A stretch of DNA of 64,000 nucleotides, taken from IMG/VR virus record IMGVR_UViG_3300004481_002026, positions 2,870 through 66,869 of that record; one strand, 5' to 3'. Positions 16,855 through 26,149 of the stretch are shown in pieces. A program made the translations under genes and the position numbers. Position 1 is the first letter of the stretch; each line of letters starts with the position of its first letter. Source of the stretch: a virus. Taxonomy: Duplodnaviria > Caudoviricetes. Below the pieces are notes generated by a model. That model was not told the origin of the DNA. It made no database searches and was given only the letters and a program-made list of their open reading frames with translations.

Positions 16855-17205
16855 ATGACGGGATTTAGCGATCTGATAGGCAAGATTCTGACCGAAGTCA
16901 GAAGAGACGGCGACGAAGAAATCTATTTCACCACGTCCGATGGCGACACGTTCATGATGTACCACTCGCAAGATTGCTGCGAGTACGTCTCCATAGAGGA
17001 TATCGAAGGCGACCTGCAGTCTCTGGTTGGCAATCCGATCTTGGTCGCCGAAGAGGCCAGCAATGATGACCCGAATGCAAGCGAGAGCGGCACGTGGACA
17101 TTCTATAAACTCGCCACCATCAAGGGTCACGTCGATATCCGTTGGTACGGTTCGTCCAATGGCTACTATTCCGAATCCGTCTCGTTTGAACGGGTGTCCG
17201 CATGA
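16855..17205 (+). CDS. Conserved phage hypothetical protein (H.QDCCE...WYG.SNGYYS type)
   Basis: GAGGAG SD; distinctive motifs. Confidence 0.75.
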   Translation: MTGFSDLIGKILTEVRRDGDEEIYFTTSDGDTFMMYHSQDCCEYVSIEDIEGDLQSLVGNPILVAEEASNDDPNASESGTWTFYKLATIKGHVDIRWYGSSNGYYSESVSFERVSA

Positions 17206-17984
17206 CCGCCACCGAGTTCAACCCAATGGCCACGCGGGCTATCGAGGTCGCCGAGTTCCCGAAAGATCACAACCAGCCAGCAAACGATAACGTCGAGCCA
17301 GAAGTCTTCACCGAGATCAACGACCTCTTCGACGAAGCCAAGAACTTCGCAGACGGCGAGCCCATTGCTGACGAAGCCACGGCAGCCGCAATCACGAAGC
17401 TCTATGACGGCCTGCATGCTGCGGGCAAGCGGGCCGATGAACTGCGTATCGGCGAAAAGAAGCCACACGACGATGCGGCCGCAGCAGTGCAGGCCAAATA
17501 CAATCCCTTCATCCAGCCGAAGAAGGGCAAGGTAGACCTTGGCAAGTCGGCTTTGTCCGATCTTCTATCGGTCTGGCGCGCAGCCAAGGCCAAAGCAGCC
17601 GCCGCAGAAGCCGCCCTAGCAGCCGAGAAGGCGGCGGAGGCCACCCGCATAGCCACAGCGGCGATACAGGCGTCCAGCGGCAACCTGGCGGCAAGGGTGG
17701 AGGCCGAAGAACTACTCGCCGACGCCAAGATGTTGGAGAAACAAGCGGCCCGTGCTGACCGGCAGGCGGCGACGGGGACGGGGCTGCGCACGACGTGGGT
17801 GGCGACGCCCGACACCAAGCCGGATAGCGCCGAGCTGGCGCTCGATTGGGCCTACACCAAAGACCCCCGCCGCTTTGCCGAACTCGTCCAGCAGATGGCT
17901 GACGAGTCCACCCGTACCGGCACGCGCACAATCCCAGGATACGTCATCACCGAAACCAAAGTCGCCGCGGCGGGGAGATCATAA
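17202..17984 (+). CDS. Coiled-coil phage protein (Gam/Gp157-like, uncertain)
   Basis: Long Ala-rich helices; C-terminal IPGYVITE. Confidence 0.7.
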   Translation: MTATEFNPMATRAIEVAEFPKDHNQPANDNVEPEVFTEINDLFDEAKNFADGEPIADEATAAAITKLYDGLHAAGKRADELRIGEKKPHDDAAAAVQAKYNPFIQPKKGKVDLGKSALSDLLSVWRAAKAKAAAAEAALAAEKAAEATRIATAAIQASSGNLAARVEAEELLADAKMLEKQAARADRQAATGTGLRTTWVATPDTKPDSAELALDWAYTKDPRRFAELVQQMADESTRTGTRTIPGYVITETKVAAAGRS

Positions 17985-18415
17985 TGGCCAAGAAGATCGT
18001 AAGCATTAAGCCTGTATCCGTCACCACAGTCGCCGAAGTCCAGAAGATCATCGACACCATCCCGGCCCGTATGTGTGCGGCTGGTCTGCGCAATCCGCGG
18101 GTGGAGGTGATCATCAATGGCAACGAGCCCGTCTCCGGTCATGCCAAGTGGGATGACAAGAAGACATCATACGGCTCGAAATACGAGTGGTTCAAAGGAG
18201 ACAGCGTCGACGATATCCTCGCAAATCTCCAGGTGTGGATCGCGACACTGCCATCCGCCGAAGAGACCAACCGCAAGGAGTTCCTGACCGCACTGTCTGA
18301 CGTCATCGAACTCGGCAGACAGAACGGCATCGAAGTGGACTTCATCAATCCGTTGCAGGAGACGATGAAGAGGCTTTCCGAGAATGCTCTTGTGGATATG
18401 CGGGTGGCTGCGTGA
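17984..18415 (+). CDS. Hypothetical phage protein
   Basis: Coupled ORF ending RVAA. Confidence 0.7.
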   Translation: MAKKIVSIKPVSVTTVAEVQKIIDTIPARMCAAGLRNPRVEVIINGNEPVSGHAKWDDKKTSYGSKYEWFKGDSVDDILANLQVWIATLPSAEETNRKEFLTALSDVIELGRQNGIEVDFINPLQETMKRLSENALVDMRVAA

Positions 18416-18723
18416 TGGCAAAGCAAAGCGAACTGTCGATGGATGCCAGAGTCTTGGTCTCCTGCTTCTTCGGCTTCGGCCCGAAGACTTCCCTCAAGAT
18501 CGGCGGGAAGGGCGCGAAAAGCGTTCTCTCCGACCGCGCCGCCGTTGCCATGAAAGAGTTGATCGCGGGTGGCTACGTCACGGCCAGCGAATTCAACCAG
18601 TACGGCAAGATGGAATACGTCGGGACCGACAAGTGCCAAGCAGCCAAACTCAGCATGGCGGCCATGGAGGAGCACGGTCGCTGGTCAGCAACCATGCCGA
18701 ATCCTGAGACGGTGGCAGCATGA
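18412..18723 (+). CDS. Hypothetical phage protein
   Basis: Coupled ORF ending TVAA. Confidence 0.65.
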   Translation: MMAKQSELSMDARVLVSCFFGFGPKTSLKIGGKGAKSVLSDRAAVAMKELIAGGYVTASEFNQYGKMEYVGTDKCQAAKLSMAAMEEHGRWSATMPNPETVAA

Positions 18724-19139
18724 CCACCGTCCACGACAAGACCGGCCGTGAGATCATGGTGGGCGATGTTCTCAAGGTGTTCCACTTCACGGCAGCCGTG
18801 CGCCGGAAGAAACACTACATGTATAAGCAGGTGGTGGCCTACGACAACTTCCGAGACGGCACGCCGTACCTGAAGGTCAGCCACCTCGACATGGCGGACG
18901 ATGGCTACACGCTCATCTGCGACGGCAAGCATTTGCCGGATTACGAAATCGTCCAGTCCGTCGGCGTCGAGCGCGAGGACGAATACATGCCTATCGCTAC
19001 GGCGCGCATCGCTTGGGCAATCGGGGCCAGCACCAAGGACGAGCCGGTTGTTGCGCGTGCCCAGCCAGCAGCCCCGCCCACCAACGATCTTTTCTCAGGG
19101 GCAGCCAACGATAACGGCAAATTGGAGGTGGCGGCGTGA
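18720..19139 (+). CDS. Hypothetical phage protein (YopX-like start) ending AANDNGKLEVAA
   Basis: DKTGREIMVGDVLK start; coupled on both sides. Confidence 0.7.
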   Translation: MTTVHDKTGREIMVGDVLKVFHFTAAVRRKKHYMYKQVVAYDNFRDGTPYLKVSHLDMADDGYTLICDGKHLPDYEIVQSVGVEREDEYMPIATARIAWAIGASTKDEPVVARAQPAAPPTNDLFSGAANDNGKLEVAA

Positions 19140-19969
19140 TTGAACTTCATAATGGCGATTGCCTCGATATTATGCCGACGCTGGCTGCTGGCTCGGTGGA
19201 TATGATCCTGTGCGATCTGCCCTATGGCACTACAGCCTGCAAGTGGGATTCCGTTATCCCATTCGAGGCGCTATGGGAGGAATATAGGCGCGTTTGCAAG
19301 CCGAACGCTGCTATCGTTTTGACGGCCAGCCAGCCATTCACTAGCGCGCTCGGAGCGAGCAACCTTTCGATGCTGAAGTACGGTTGGTATTGGAGAAAAA
19401 CCCGCGCCACAGGCCACCTTAATGCCAAAAAGATGCCCATGAAGGACATCGAGGACGTGCTGGTTTTCTACGCTTCGCAGCCAACGTATAACCCACAAGG
19501 TCTGAAGCCACTCGGGGTAGTGCAAAGAAACTCCGCGAGCCATATCGCTCGCGGAGTTTCTTCCGACCCGACCAGCGTTGTGACGGGCGGCATTACCCGC
19601 GCGGAGTACGTTCAGGAGTCAACCAGCTACCCACGCCAGGTTCTTGAGTTCGCCTCAGAAGGCGCGACCGTTCACCCCACCCAAAAGCCAGTAGCCCTCA
19701 TGGAATACCTGATCCGTACCTACACCAACGAGGGCGAAACGGTCCTCGACAATACGATGGGCAGCGGCACGACCGGAGTGGCTTGCCGCAATACTGGTCG
19801 CTCTTTCATCGGAATCGAGCGCGAACCCGATTACTTTGCCATCGCCGAGCAGCGGGTCCACGACACCAACCCCCGCCCCGTTGCCGCGCAAGCGCAACCG
19901 GCTGCCAATGATAACCGCGATCTGTTCTCGCCGTTCTCCACCAACCACCACACCCAAGAGGCCGCATAA
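19136..19969 (+). CDS. DNA amino-methyltransferase (N6A/N4C, beta class)
   Basis: CDLPYG catalytic motif precedes HPTQKP and the SAM motif VLDNTMGSGTTG. Confidence 0.92.
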   Translation: MIELHNGDCLDIMPTLAAGSVDMILCDLPYGTTACKWDSVIPFEALWEEYRRVCKPNAAIVLTASQPFTSALGASNLSMLKYGWYWRKTRATGHLNAKKMPMKDIEDVLVFYASQPTYNPQGLKPLGVVQRNSASHIARGVSSDPTSVVTGGITRAEYVQESTSYPRQVLEFASEGATVHPTQKPVALMEYLIRTYTNEGETVLDNTMGSGTTGVACRNTGRSFIGIEREPDYFAIAEQRVHDTNPRPVAAQAQPAANDNRDLFSPFSTNHHTQEAA

Positions 19970-20353
19970 ATGGCGCCCCTTCCAGGAAAACCCGCCCTTC
20001 CGTTCACGCCGACAGCAGACGCCGAAGGCAACCCAACCGTATGCCGATGCTGCGGCTTCAGGAGCATCGGAATCGGCCGCAACCCCTCGCAGTCGAGGAA
20101 AGACACCGATTCCGGATTTTTATGTAAGCGCTGCATTCTCGCAATGGAGGATTTAACCAAGTTGGATAGGCTTGATCAGTATGAACTTCGCGCCCTTGAG
20201 GGTGGCGTTGAAGCCGCCGGCGAATGGCTGGGGGAACGCGGCATCACGGACCTCTCGTTGCTCGACGAACTCGACAGGCTGATGTTCTGCAAGACGATCT
20301 GGATCGGGTGCGCTCGGCAGTTGCGGAAGGAACTTCGGGGGGCGCCGTTTTGA
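19970..20353 (+). CDS. Hypothetical Zn-binding phage protein
   Basis: CRCCG...CKRC motifs. Confidence 0.7.
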   Translation: MAPLPGKPALPFTPTADAEGNPTVCRCCGFRSIGIGRNPSQSRKDTDSGFLCKRCILAMEDLTKLDRLDQYELRALEGGVEAAGEWLGERGITDLSLLDELDRLMFCKTIWIGCARQLRKELRGAPF

Positions 20354-20511
20354 TGGCCGGATGGATTTTTATGGCGGCCTTGGTTGCCGCGTGGTTCGCC
20401 GTCTTCTTTTGGCACCGCCACAACTGCCGCAAGTGGGACGAGATGACCTCGAAAGAAGACAACTCGCTCGCCGGCGCAATGGAACGGAGCAGAAGACATG
20501 CATCACGATAA
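20353..20511 (+). CDS. Small membrane protein
   Basis: N-terminal transmembrane helix; coupled. Confidence 0.5.
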   Translation: MAGWIFMAALVAAWFAVFFWHRHNCRKWDEMTSKEDNSLAGAMERSRRHASR

Positions 20512-22279
20512 CGACAACATCATCCACCCGGCGCTACGCTTTCTCTCCGTTTGCTCCGGCATCGAAGCGGCTAGCGTCGCCTTTAAACCGCTCGGCTGGG
20601 AAGCTGTGGCGTTCAGCGAAATCGAGCCTGCACCATGCTCGGTGCTTGCCCATCACTATCCGCACGTCCCCAACCATGGAGACATGACCAAATTCAAGGA
20701 GTGGCCCCACTATGGCAAAGACGGCAGCAAGCCAATTAACCTTGTTTGCGGAGGAACCCCCTGTCAGGCGTTTTCCGTCGCGGGACTTCGTGACGGCCTT
20801 AATGACCCTCGAGGCAACCTCTCACTCACATTTCTTGCAATCGTTGACAAATATCAGCCCGAATGGGTTCTTTTCGAAAACGTCCCCGGAATCCTATCCA
20901 GCGCTTGCAACAACGGCCCGGGTCCGAGTGAGCCGGAAATCGACCTGGACGCCGGTAACGGACCCGAAGACGGGGAAGAGGTCGTGGTCGATGATGAGTT
21001 CGAAGCAGACGAAAGTCACGCTTTCTCCTGCTTCCTGGCCGGACTTCAAGAACTCGGGTATGGTGTTGCCTACCGGGTTATTGACGCTCAATACGTCCGA
21101 GTGGACGGCTTTGCCGGAGCAGTTCCACAACGACGTCGGCGTGTGTTCGTTGTCGGATATCTTGGAGACTTCCGACGTGCCGCGGCGGTACTACTTGAGC
21201 CCGAAAGCTTGTCTGGGAATCCTGCGCCGAGCCGGAAAGCGGGGCAAGGAACTTCCGCACCTGTTGCGCCGTGCCTTGTCAGCAGTGGCCGGGGCAGCGA
21301 ACGGACTGGCGACACAAGGGGACAAGACCCAGTAGTTGCTGTGACCTTCGACCGCCAATCCAGCGGCGAATACGGGACCGACCCCATCGCGAGCACTGTC
21401 AGTGCTCGCGACTACAAATCGCCGTCAGATTTAGTGGTTTCCGCGGACGTCGCCGATACCATGGTCAGTAACGGAGACGCACACAGCGGCTTCCCGGAAG
21501 CCGCTGGTCTTGTGGCCAGCGCGGTAGCCCCGGCGATCACACAGAATCCATACGGCGACAACGAAAGCCGCGAAGGTCTACTCGTCGCGCACTCACTGAC
21601 GGCCAACGGCTTCGACGCATCGGAGGACGGTACGGGACGGGGACCAACGGTGTGCCCCGTCCCGTACACGCTGGCAATTCGTGGTCGCGGCGACACACAT
21701 AATCTGGAGTGGCGGCAAGATGGTACGGCGAACGCTATCCTGACTCCGAACGGCGGTCGGGCGGGCATAGGCGTGGGCGCTATTGCTGCGCCGCTGGCAA
21801 TAGGCTTTGGATGGCAGAACAGCTCAAGCCAAGGTGACAGCGTATCGGATGAAATCTCACCGACGTTAGACAAGAGTAAAGCGCCTGCCGTCGCTCACGC
21901 CATCCAAGCGGGTGCACTTCGCGAGAATCCATCATCTGGACCGGATGGCGTCGGTGTCCAAGAGGGTGTTGCCTATACCCTTGAGGCGCGCGCCGAAGTG
22001 CAGGCAGTTCAGACGGAATGGGCCGTCCGTCGCCTTACGCCAGTCGAATGCGCCCGCCTGCAGGGGTTCCCAGACGACTACCTTTCACAGGTGATCCACA
22101 ACGGCAAGCCGCTCGCCGATGGCCCGATGTACAAAGGCCTTGGTAACAGTTGGCCGGTCAACTCTGTCAGGTGGATCGGGCGTCGAATCCAGATGGTGGA
22201 GGAGATCGCGAAAGAGTTGGAAGCAGCCAACGATAACTACCAATCCACCCCCATCACGACCAAAGCCTCCCATGCGTGA
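20498..22279 (+). CDS. DNA cytosine-5 methyltransferase with a long variable region
   Basis: Motif I SVCSGIEA, IV GGTPCQAFS, VI FENVPG, VIII QRRRRVFVVG, IX RRLTPVECARLQGFP, X LGNSW. Confidence 0.93.
   Translation: MHHDNDNIIHPALRFLSVCSGIEAASVAFKPLGWEAVAFSEIEPAPCSVLAHHYPHVPNHGDMTKFKEWPHYGKDGSKPINLVCGGTPCQAFSVAGLRDGLNDPRGNLSLTFLAIVDKYQPEWVLFENVPGILSSACNNGPGPSEPEIDLDAGNGPEDGEEVVVDDEFEADESHAFSCFLAGLQELGYGVAYRVIDAQYVRVDGFAGAVPQRRRRVFVVGYLGDFRRAAAVLLEPESLSGNPAPSRKAGQGTSAPVAPCLVSSGRGSERTGDTRGQDPVVAVTFDRQSSGEYGTDPIASTVSARDYKSPSDLVVSADVADTMVSNGDAHSGFPEAAGLVASAVAPAITQNPYGDNESREGLLVAHSLTANGFDASEDGTGRGPTVCPVPYTLAIRGRGDTHNLEWRQDGTANAILTPNGGRAGIGVGAIAAPLAIGFGWQNSSSQGDSVSDEISPTLDKSKAPAVAHAIQAGALRENPSSGPDGVGVQEGVAYTLEARAEVQAVQTEWAVRRLTPVECARLQGFPDDYLSQVIHNGKPLADGPMYKGLGNSWPVNSVRWIGRRIQMVEEIAKELEAANDNYQSTPITTKASHA
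20712..21335 (+). CDS. Out-of-frame nested gene within the C5 MTase (beta-subunit-like, 207 aa)
   Basis: AAGGAG SD 10 nt upstream; protein-like sequence with CSLSDILE...RYYLSPKACLGILRRAGKRGKELP; N-terminal QLTLF. Confidence 0.6.
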   Translation: MAKTAASQLTLFAEEPPVRRFPSRDFVTALMTLEATSHSHFLQSLTNISPNGFFSKTSPESYPALATTARVRVSRKSTWTPVTDPKTGKRSWSMMSSKQTKVTLSPASWPDFKNSGMVLPTGLLTLNTSEWTALPEQFHNDVGVCSLSDILETSDVPRRYYLSPKACLGILRRAGKRGKELPHLLRRALSAVAGAANGLATQGDKTQ

Positions 22280-22431
22280 AGCAACGAGGCCACCCAAGGA
22301 GGCACGTCAGTCGTGCCAGCCTTCCATCGACGAACGGTTCGCGCGTCAACTCCAGAGTGGCGCGCGAAAGCCGTTTGCCAATTGCGACCGAACAGGGCGG
22401 TGCATCTGGTCTCAAGTTCGGAGGGTGTCAC
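22237..22431 (-). CDS. Small XRE-like HTH protein
   Basis: FARHSGVDARTVRRWKAG; similar to 25928-26149. Confidence 0.75.
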   Translation of the reverse strand: MTPSELETRCTALFGRNWQTAFARHSGVDARTVRRWKAGTTDVPPWVASLLHAWEALVVMGVDW

Positions 22432-22661
22432 AGTGCAGCAACGTAGACGTCAACAACATGAACAGTTGCGCCTGTGTCGCGGTTCAGCAGATCGCGGCCA
22501 ATCTTGCGGCTTTCGCCAACCGCATAGTTGTCGGCCTGACCGCGTGTTGCAGTGACGTGGCGGCGCGTTGTGCCATCAGCGAACAGCGTCACAACTTCAA
22601 AAGCCTTTGGTATTGCCTGCATGCGGGCGATCAGGGCGGCGGAAGCTGGGGAAAGCGACAT
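22428..22661 (-). CDS. Hypothetical protein (77 aa), first gene of an antisense two-gene cassette
   Basis: AAGGAGAC SD; own promoter at 22690-22718. Confidence 0.7.
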   Translation of the reverse strand: MSLSPASAALIARMQAIPKAFEVVTLFADGTTRRHVTATRGQADNYAVGESRKIGRDLLNRDTGATVHVVDVYVAAL

Positions 22662-22689
22662 TGTGGTGGTCTCCTTGGTTGGTGAGATC

Positions 22690-22718
22690 AAACTAGGACA
22701 TAATGACCTAACTGTCAA
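22690..22718 (-). promoter_or_regulatory. Promoter TTGACA-N17-TAGTTT with TAGG-N9-CCTA operator (22694-22710)
   Basis: TAGGACATAATGACCTA near-palindrome within the promoter. Confidence 0.65.
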
Positions 22719-22740
22719 ACGTTATTTTGGGAGAAATTGA

Positions 22741-25056
22741 ATGGCCAAACTGAATTTCAAACTACAGCCCACCACCGAAACCACTACACCACTCGACCTA
22801 GCCAAATCCTATATCGCCAACGGCTGGCCAGTATTCCCATGCCGTGAGGGCGCCGAAGAGACCGTCGACCCCACATCGGGCGAAATAATCACGCTCAACG
22901 AGAAGACTCCCCGCACGTCAAACGGATTCAATGGTGCCAGCAAAACAAAGCGCATCCTTGAACGCTGGTGGTCCGACAATCCGAGCAGTGCGGTAGGCAT
23001 ACCTACTGGCGAGAAGACAGGCGTGTTCGTGCTCGACATCGACGCCAAGCCAGGCGGGGCTAATGGATTCGAATGGCTGGAGGAGATGGAGAACGAAAAC
23101 GGGGAGCTTCCGGTCACAGCAAGAGTCACCACGCCGAACAACGGCCTGCACATCTATTTCAAGTATGTTCCCGGCACCCGCAACCGCGGTGCGCTGGGCG
23201 GCGGCGTAGACGTGAGGTCTGAAGGTGGCTATGTCCTGGCAGCCGGCAGTGTCATGGCTGACGGACGGTCATACAAGTGGACACCAGAGTCAGCCACAAT
23301 CCCGGAAATTGCAGACGCGCCGGATTGGCTTCTTGAGCTGCTGCTAACCAAACCACACACCACGACCAGCGCACCATACCAGCCGCATGCGATTGGCAAT
23401 ACGGCATACGTCAATCGCGCCATTGAACTCGAGCTTGCCGACCTGGCCGACGCCCCCCAAGGCACCCGCAACAATCGGCTCAATGATGCGGCCTTCGCGC
23501 TTGGCCAGTTCGTCGGGGCAGGGGCCATCGCCCATAGCGAGGCTGAGCGCGAGCTTCAGGCCATCGCGCAGCCGTGGGGAAACTTCCCGAAGTCGTGCGG
23601 GACTATCCGCAATGGCCTGACTGCCGGCGAAAAGCAGCCGCGTGTTATCCCGGAGCCTACCCACTACGAGGATAACACGCGCCTCGTCGACATATCGAGG
23701 ATGATTGCCAACGGTATCGCGAAGGCGAAGGCCAAGGAACTTCCTGTTGAGGAAGATTCCGTCATCGATGAAGTGAATGTTCCCGAACGGGACGGAAACG
23801 CCGCTGAGGCGACGGACAGCACCGAATCTATCCCGAACGGGATCATGGACAGCAAGTCCCCAACGGCAGCGAATGACAACCGCGCCTTTCATGCCACGCC
23901 CTTCACCTACAAAGACCCGACAACACTACCGCGGCGCGAGTTCGCATTCGGTACGCATTACATCCGCAAATACGTCTCGGTCACGGTGTCTCCAGGTGGG
24001 CTTGGCAAGACCAGCAACAGCATTGTCGAGGCGCTGGCTATGGTATCCGGCAAGCCTTTGGCCGGCACGAAACCGAAAGAGAGGCTGAACGTCTGGCTGT
24101 TCAATGCCGAAGACCCGCGCGACGAAATGGACCGGCGCATCATGGCTGCGTGTGTCCATTACAAGCTGAAGCCGGAAGACATTGAGGGAAGACTGTATCT
24201 CGACACAGGGCGAGAGCAAGAACTCATCGTCATGCACGAGGACAAGAAGACCGGCCTAAAGGTCAATGAGCCGGTGGTGGAGGCCGTAGTCGAGCAGATC
24301 GAACGGCTTGGAATCGACGTGATGATTGTCGACCCGTTCGTATCAACCCACCGCGTCAACGAGAACGATAACGGCGCGATCGACAAGGTGGCGAAGCTTT
24401 GGGCGCAGATTGCCGACTATACCAACTGCGCCGTGGACGTTGTCCACCATCTCCGGAAGCTTGCGGATAGGGAGGCGACCGTAGAGGACGCTCGAGGCGC
24501 GGTGTCGCTCATTGGCGCAGCACGATCGGTGCGTGTGCTCAACCGGATGACGGAGGAGCAGGCGACTCGCGCAGGCATGGAGAAGGACGACCGCTTCAGT
24601 TATTTCTGGATCCACCACGGCAAGGTCAATCTAACCAAGATGGACAATACCGAGCATTGGCGGAAGATGGAGTCCGTATCGTTGGGGAATGGCACAGGCG
24701 CCGGTTTCCGCTCCGAACCGCCAGACACTGCCGGCGTCGTCACGGAATGGAAGTGGCCGTCCAAGGATGAACTCGCCAGGGCCGTTCCGGACGACGCCAA
24801 GAGCATTGTTCTGGTGAAGCTTGCAAACCAGAATTACAGGCTTGATGCGCAGTCCGACGACTGGGCTGGATACGTGATCGCAGAGTCCATGGGTACGCCT
24901 TTGGACGTCGCTAAAGCACTCACACCAGAGAAGCGCAAGATAAAATCCGTGCTGGAATCGTGGATTGGAAACGGCATTCTTGCGGTTGTTCCGGAGGACG
25001 ACCCTAAGCGCATAGGACGAAAAATAAAGTACGTTCGACCTGCGCAGGCGGCTTGA
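22741..25056 (+). CDS. Bifunctional primase-polymerase plus RepA/AAA_25 helicase
   Basis: Prim-pol motifs GWPVFPC, VLDID, TPNNGLHIYF, GVDVRSEGGYV; Walker A SPGGLGKT, NAED, IVDPFVS, VVHHLRK. Confidence 0.92.
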   Translation: MAKLNFKLQPTTETTTPLDLAKSYIANGWPVFPCREGAEETVDPTSGEIITLNEKTPRTSNGFNGASKTKRILERWWSDNPSSAVGIPTGEKTGVFVLDIDAKPGGANGFEWLEEMENENGELPVTARVTTPNNGLHIYFKYVPGTRNRGALGGGVDVRSEGGYVLAAGSVMADGRSYKWTPESATIPEIADAPDWLLELLLTKPHTTTSAPYQPHAIGNTAYVNRAIELELADLADAPQGTRNNRLNDAAFALGQFVGAGAIAHSEAERELQAIAQPWGNFPKSCGTIRNGLTAGEKQPRVIPEPTHYEDNTRLVDISRMIANGIAKAKAKELPVEEDSVIDEVNVPERDGNAAEATDSTESIPNGIMDSKSPTAANDNRAFHATPFTYKDPTTLPRREFAFGTHYIRKYVSVTVSPGGLGKTSNSIVEALAMVSGKPLAGTKPKERLNVWLFNAEDPRDEMDRRIMAACVHYKLKPEDIEGRLYLDTGREQELIVMHEDKKTGLKVNEPVVEAVVEQIERLGIDVMIVDPFVSTHRVNENDNGAIDKVAKLWAQIADYTNCAVDVVHHLRKLADREATVEDARGAVSLIGAARSVRVLNRMTEEQATRAGMEKDDRFSYFWIHHGKVNLTKMDNTEHWRKMESVSLGNGTGAGFRSEPPDTAGVVTEWKWPSKDELARAVPDDAKSIVLVKLANQNYRLDAQSDDWAGYVIAESMGTPLDVAKALTPEKRKIKSVLESWIGNGILAVVPEDDPKRIGRKIKYVRPAQAA

Positions 25057-25099
25057 GCAAACCACCATAGATTGCCAAAAACACGATGCGCACGTTGTC

Positions 25100-25378
25100 T
25101 GCCACCACCTCACCACCTAGGTGGCAGAGGTGGTTCGCCACCACCTCAAACGTGGGGTGGCAGAGGTGGCGAAACCACCACCTAAAAAGCCACTTTTGGG
25201 GTGGTGGCGAGACTTCACCACGACTGCGAAATTTCCTTCTCCACCACCACCTCCTCCCCTTTAGGGGGGAGGGTGGTGTGAAGGAGGAGGATGTAGGTAG
25301 AAAACCAAACCACCTCGCCACCTCACCACCACCTCAGAATTTTACCACCCCGCCACCCCGCCAAAAACCACCACCAAG
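25100..25378. repeat. GGTGG/CCACC-rich direct and inverted repeats; candidate replication origin
   Basis: GGTGGCAGAGGTGG at 25120-25133 and 25156-25169, each followed by CCACCACCT; directly downstream of the primase-helicase gene. Confidence 0.55.
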
Positions 25379-25389
25379 GAGACACCCCC

Positions 25390-25899
25390 ATGGCCCGTAC
25401 CCGCACTACCCAGCAAACGACGAGATACAACGGGAAGCGAGTGGTTCTGAAAACCACTACCGGCAAAGACGGAGAGGTGAGCGTGAAGATGACAGAGGCG
25501 CCTGTCGAGGAATGGGTTCTTCAGTCGGAGCAAGTGAGGCGGCTAAGAGCGATGCCAGAATACGGCAAGCTCTTCCTACTCGTAGGTGGGATGGAGGCAG
25601 GCAGGCGCGGAATGCGTGAGCAGATGAAGATGAAGGCAACGGGACTGACAGCCGGCCAGCCGGACCTAACCATCTTCCTCCCGAACGGCAGGGTAGCGAT
25701 GATCGAAAACAAGAACGCGGCAGGCAGACTATCGCCAGAGCAAAAAGAACGGCACGCTGCGCTTAAGGCAATAGGTCACACGGTTGAAGTCATTAAGACT
25801 GGAGACAAGGACGATGCAGCCAATCAGGCTGTTAATTTGGTGCGATCCTGGATTGCCGACAACGATAATAATAAATCATCACTCGCCATTGAATTCTAG
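25390..25899 (+). CDS. VRR-NUC domain nuclease
   Basis: EWVLQSEQV, GLTAGQPDL, IENKNAAGRLSPEQK. Confidence 0.85.
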   Translation: MARTRTTQQTTRYNGKRVVLKTTTGKDGEVSVKMTEAPVEEWVLQSEQVRRLRAMPEYGKLFLLVGGMEAGRRGMREQMKMKATGLTAGQPDLTIFLPNGRVAMIENKNAAGRLSPEQKERHAALKAIGHTVEVIKTGDKDDAANQAVNLVRSWIADNDNNKSSLAIEF

Positions 25900-25917
25900 G
25901 CCCAATGGGCCTATATA
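25889..25917 (+). promoter_or_regulatory. Promoter TTGAAT-N17-TATATA with palindrome TAGGCCCAATGGGCCTA (25897-25913)
   Basis: Perfect inverted repeat between the -35 and -10 elements, upstream of an HTH gene. Confidence 0.7.
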
Positions 25918-25927
25918 GGAGATAACG

Positions 25928-26149
25928 ATGAACGCAAAAGACTTCCGACAGGCGCGAGCCTCGCTTGGGCTTTCTGCATCACAGATGGCCCGCATTTTAA
26001 ACGTTGACCCGCGCACAGTGCGCAAGTGGGAAAGCGACGACGGGACACGGCCACCAAACGCCGTGGCCATTCGCGTCGTCGAGTGGATGTTATCAGGATA
26101 TAGGCCGCCCCAGTGGCCGGGAGACAAGAATGGAATTGCCGACCCATAA
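25928..26149 (+). CDS. Small XRE-family HTH regulator
   Basis: ARASLGLSASQMARILNVDPRTVRKWE. Confidence 0.85.
   Translation: MNAKDFRQARASLGLSASQMARILNVDPRTVRKWESDDGTRPPNAVAIRVVEWMLSGYRPPQWPGDKNGIADP

Noticed and set aside
25086-25619. 177-aa ORF after the primase
   Set aside because: Translation of the GGTGG/CCACC repeat field, overlapping the real VRR-NUC gene.
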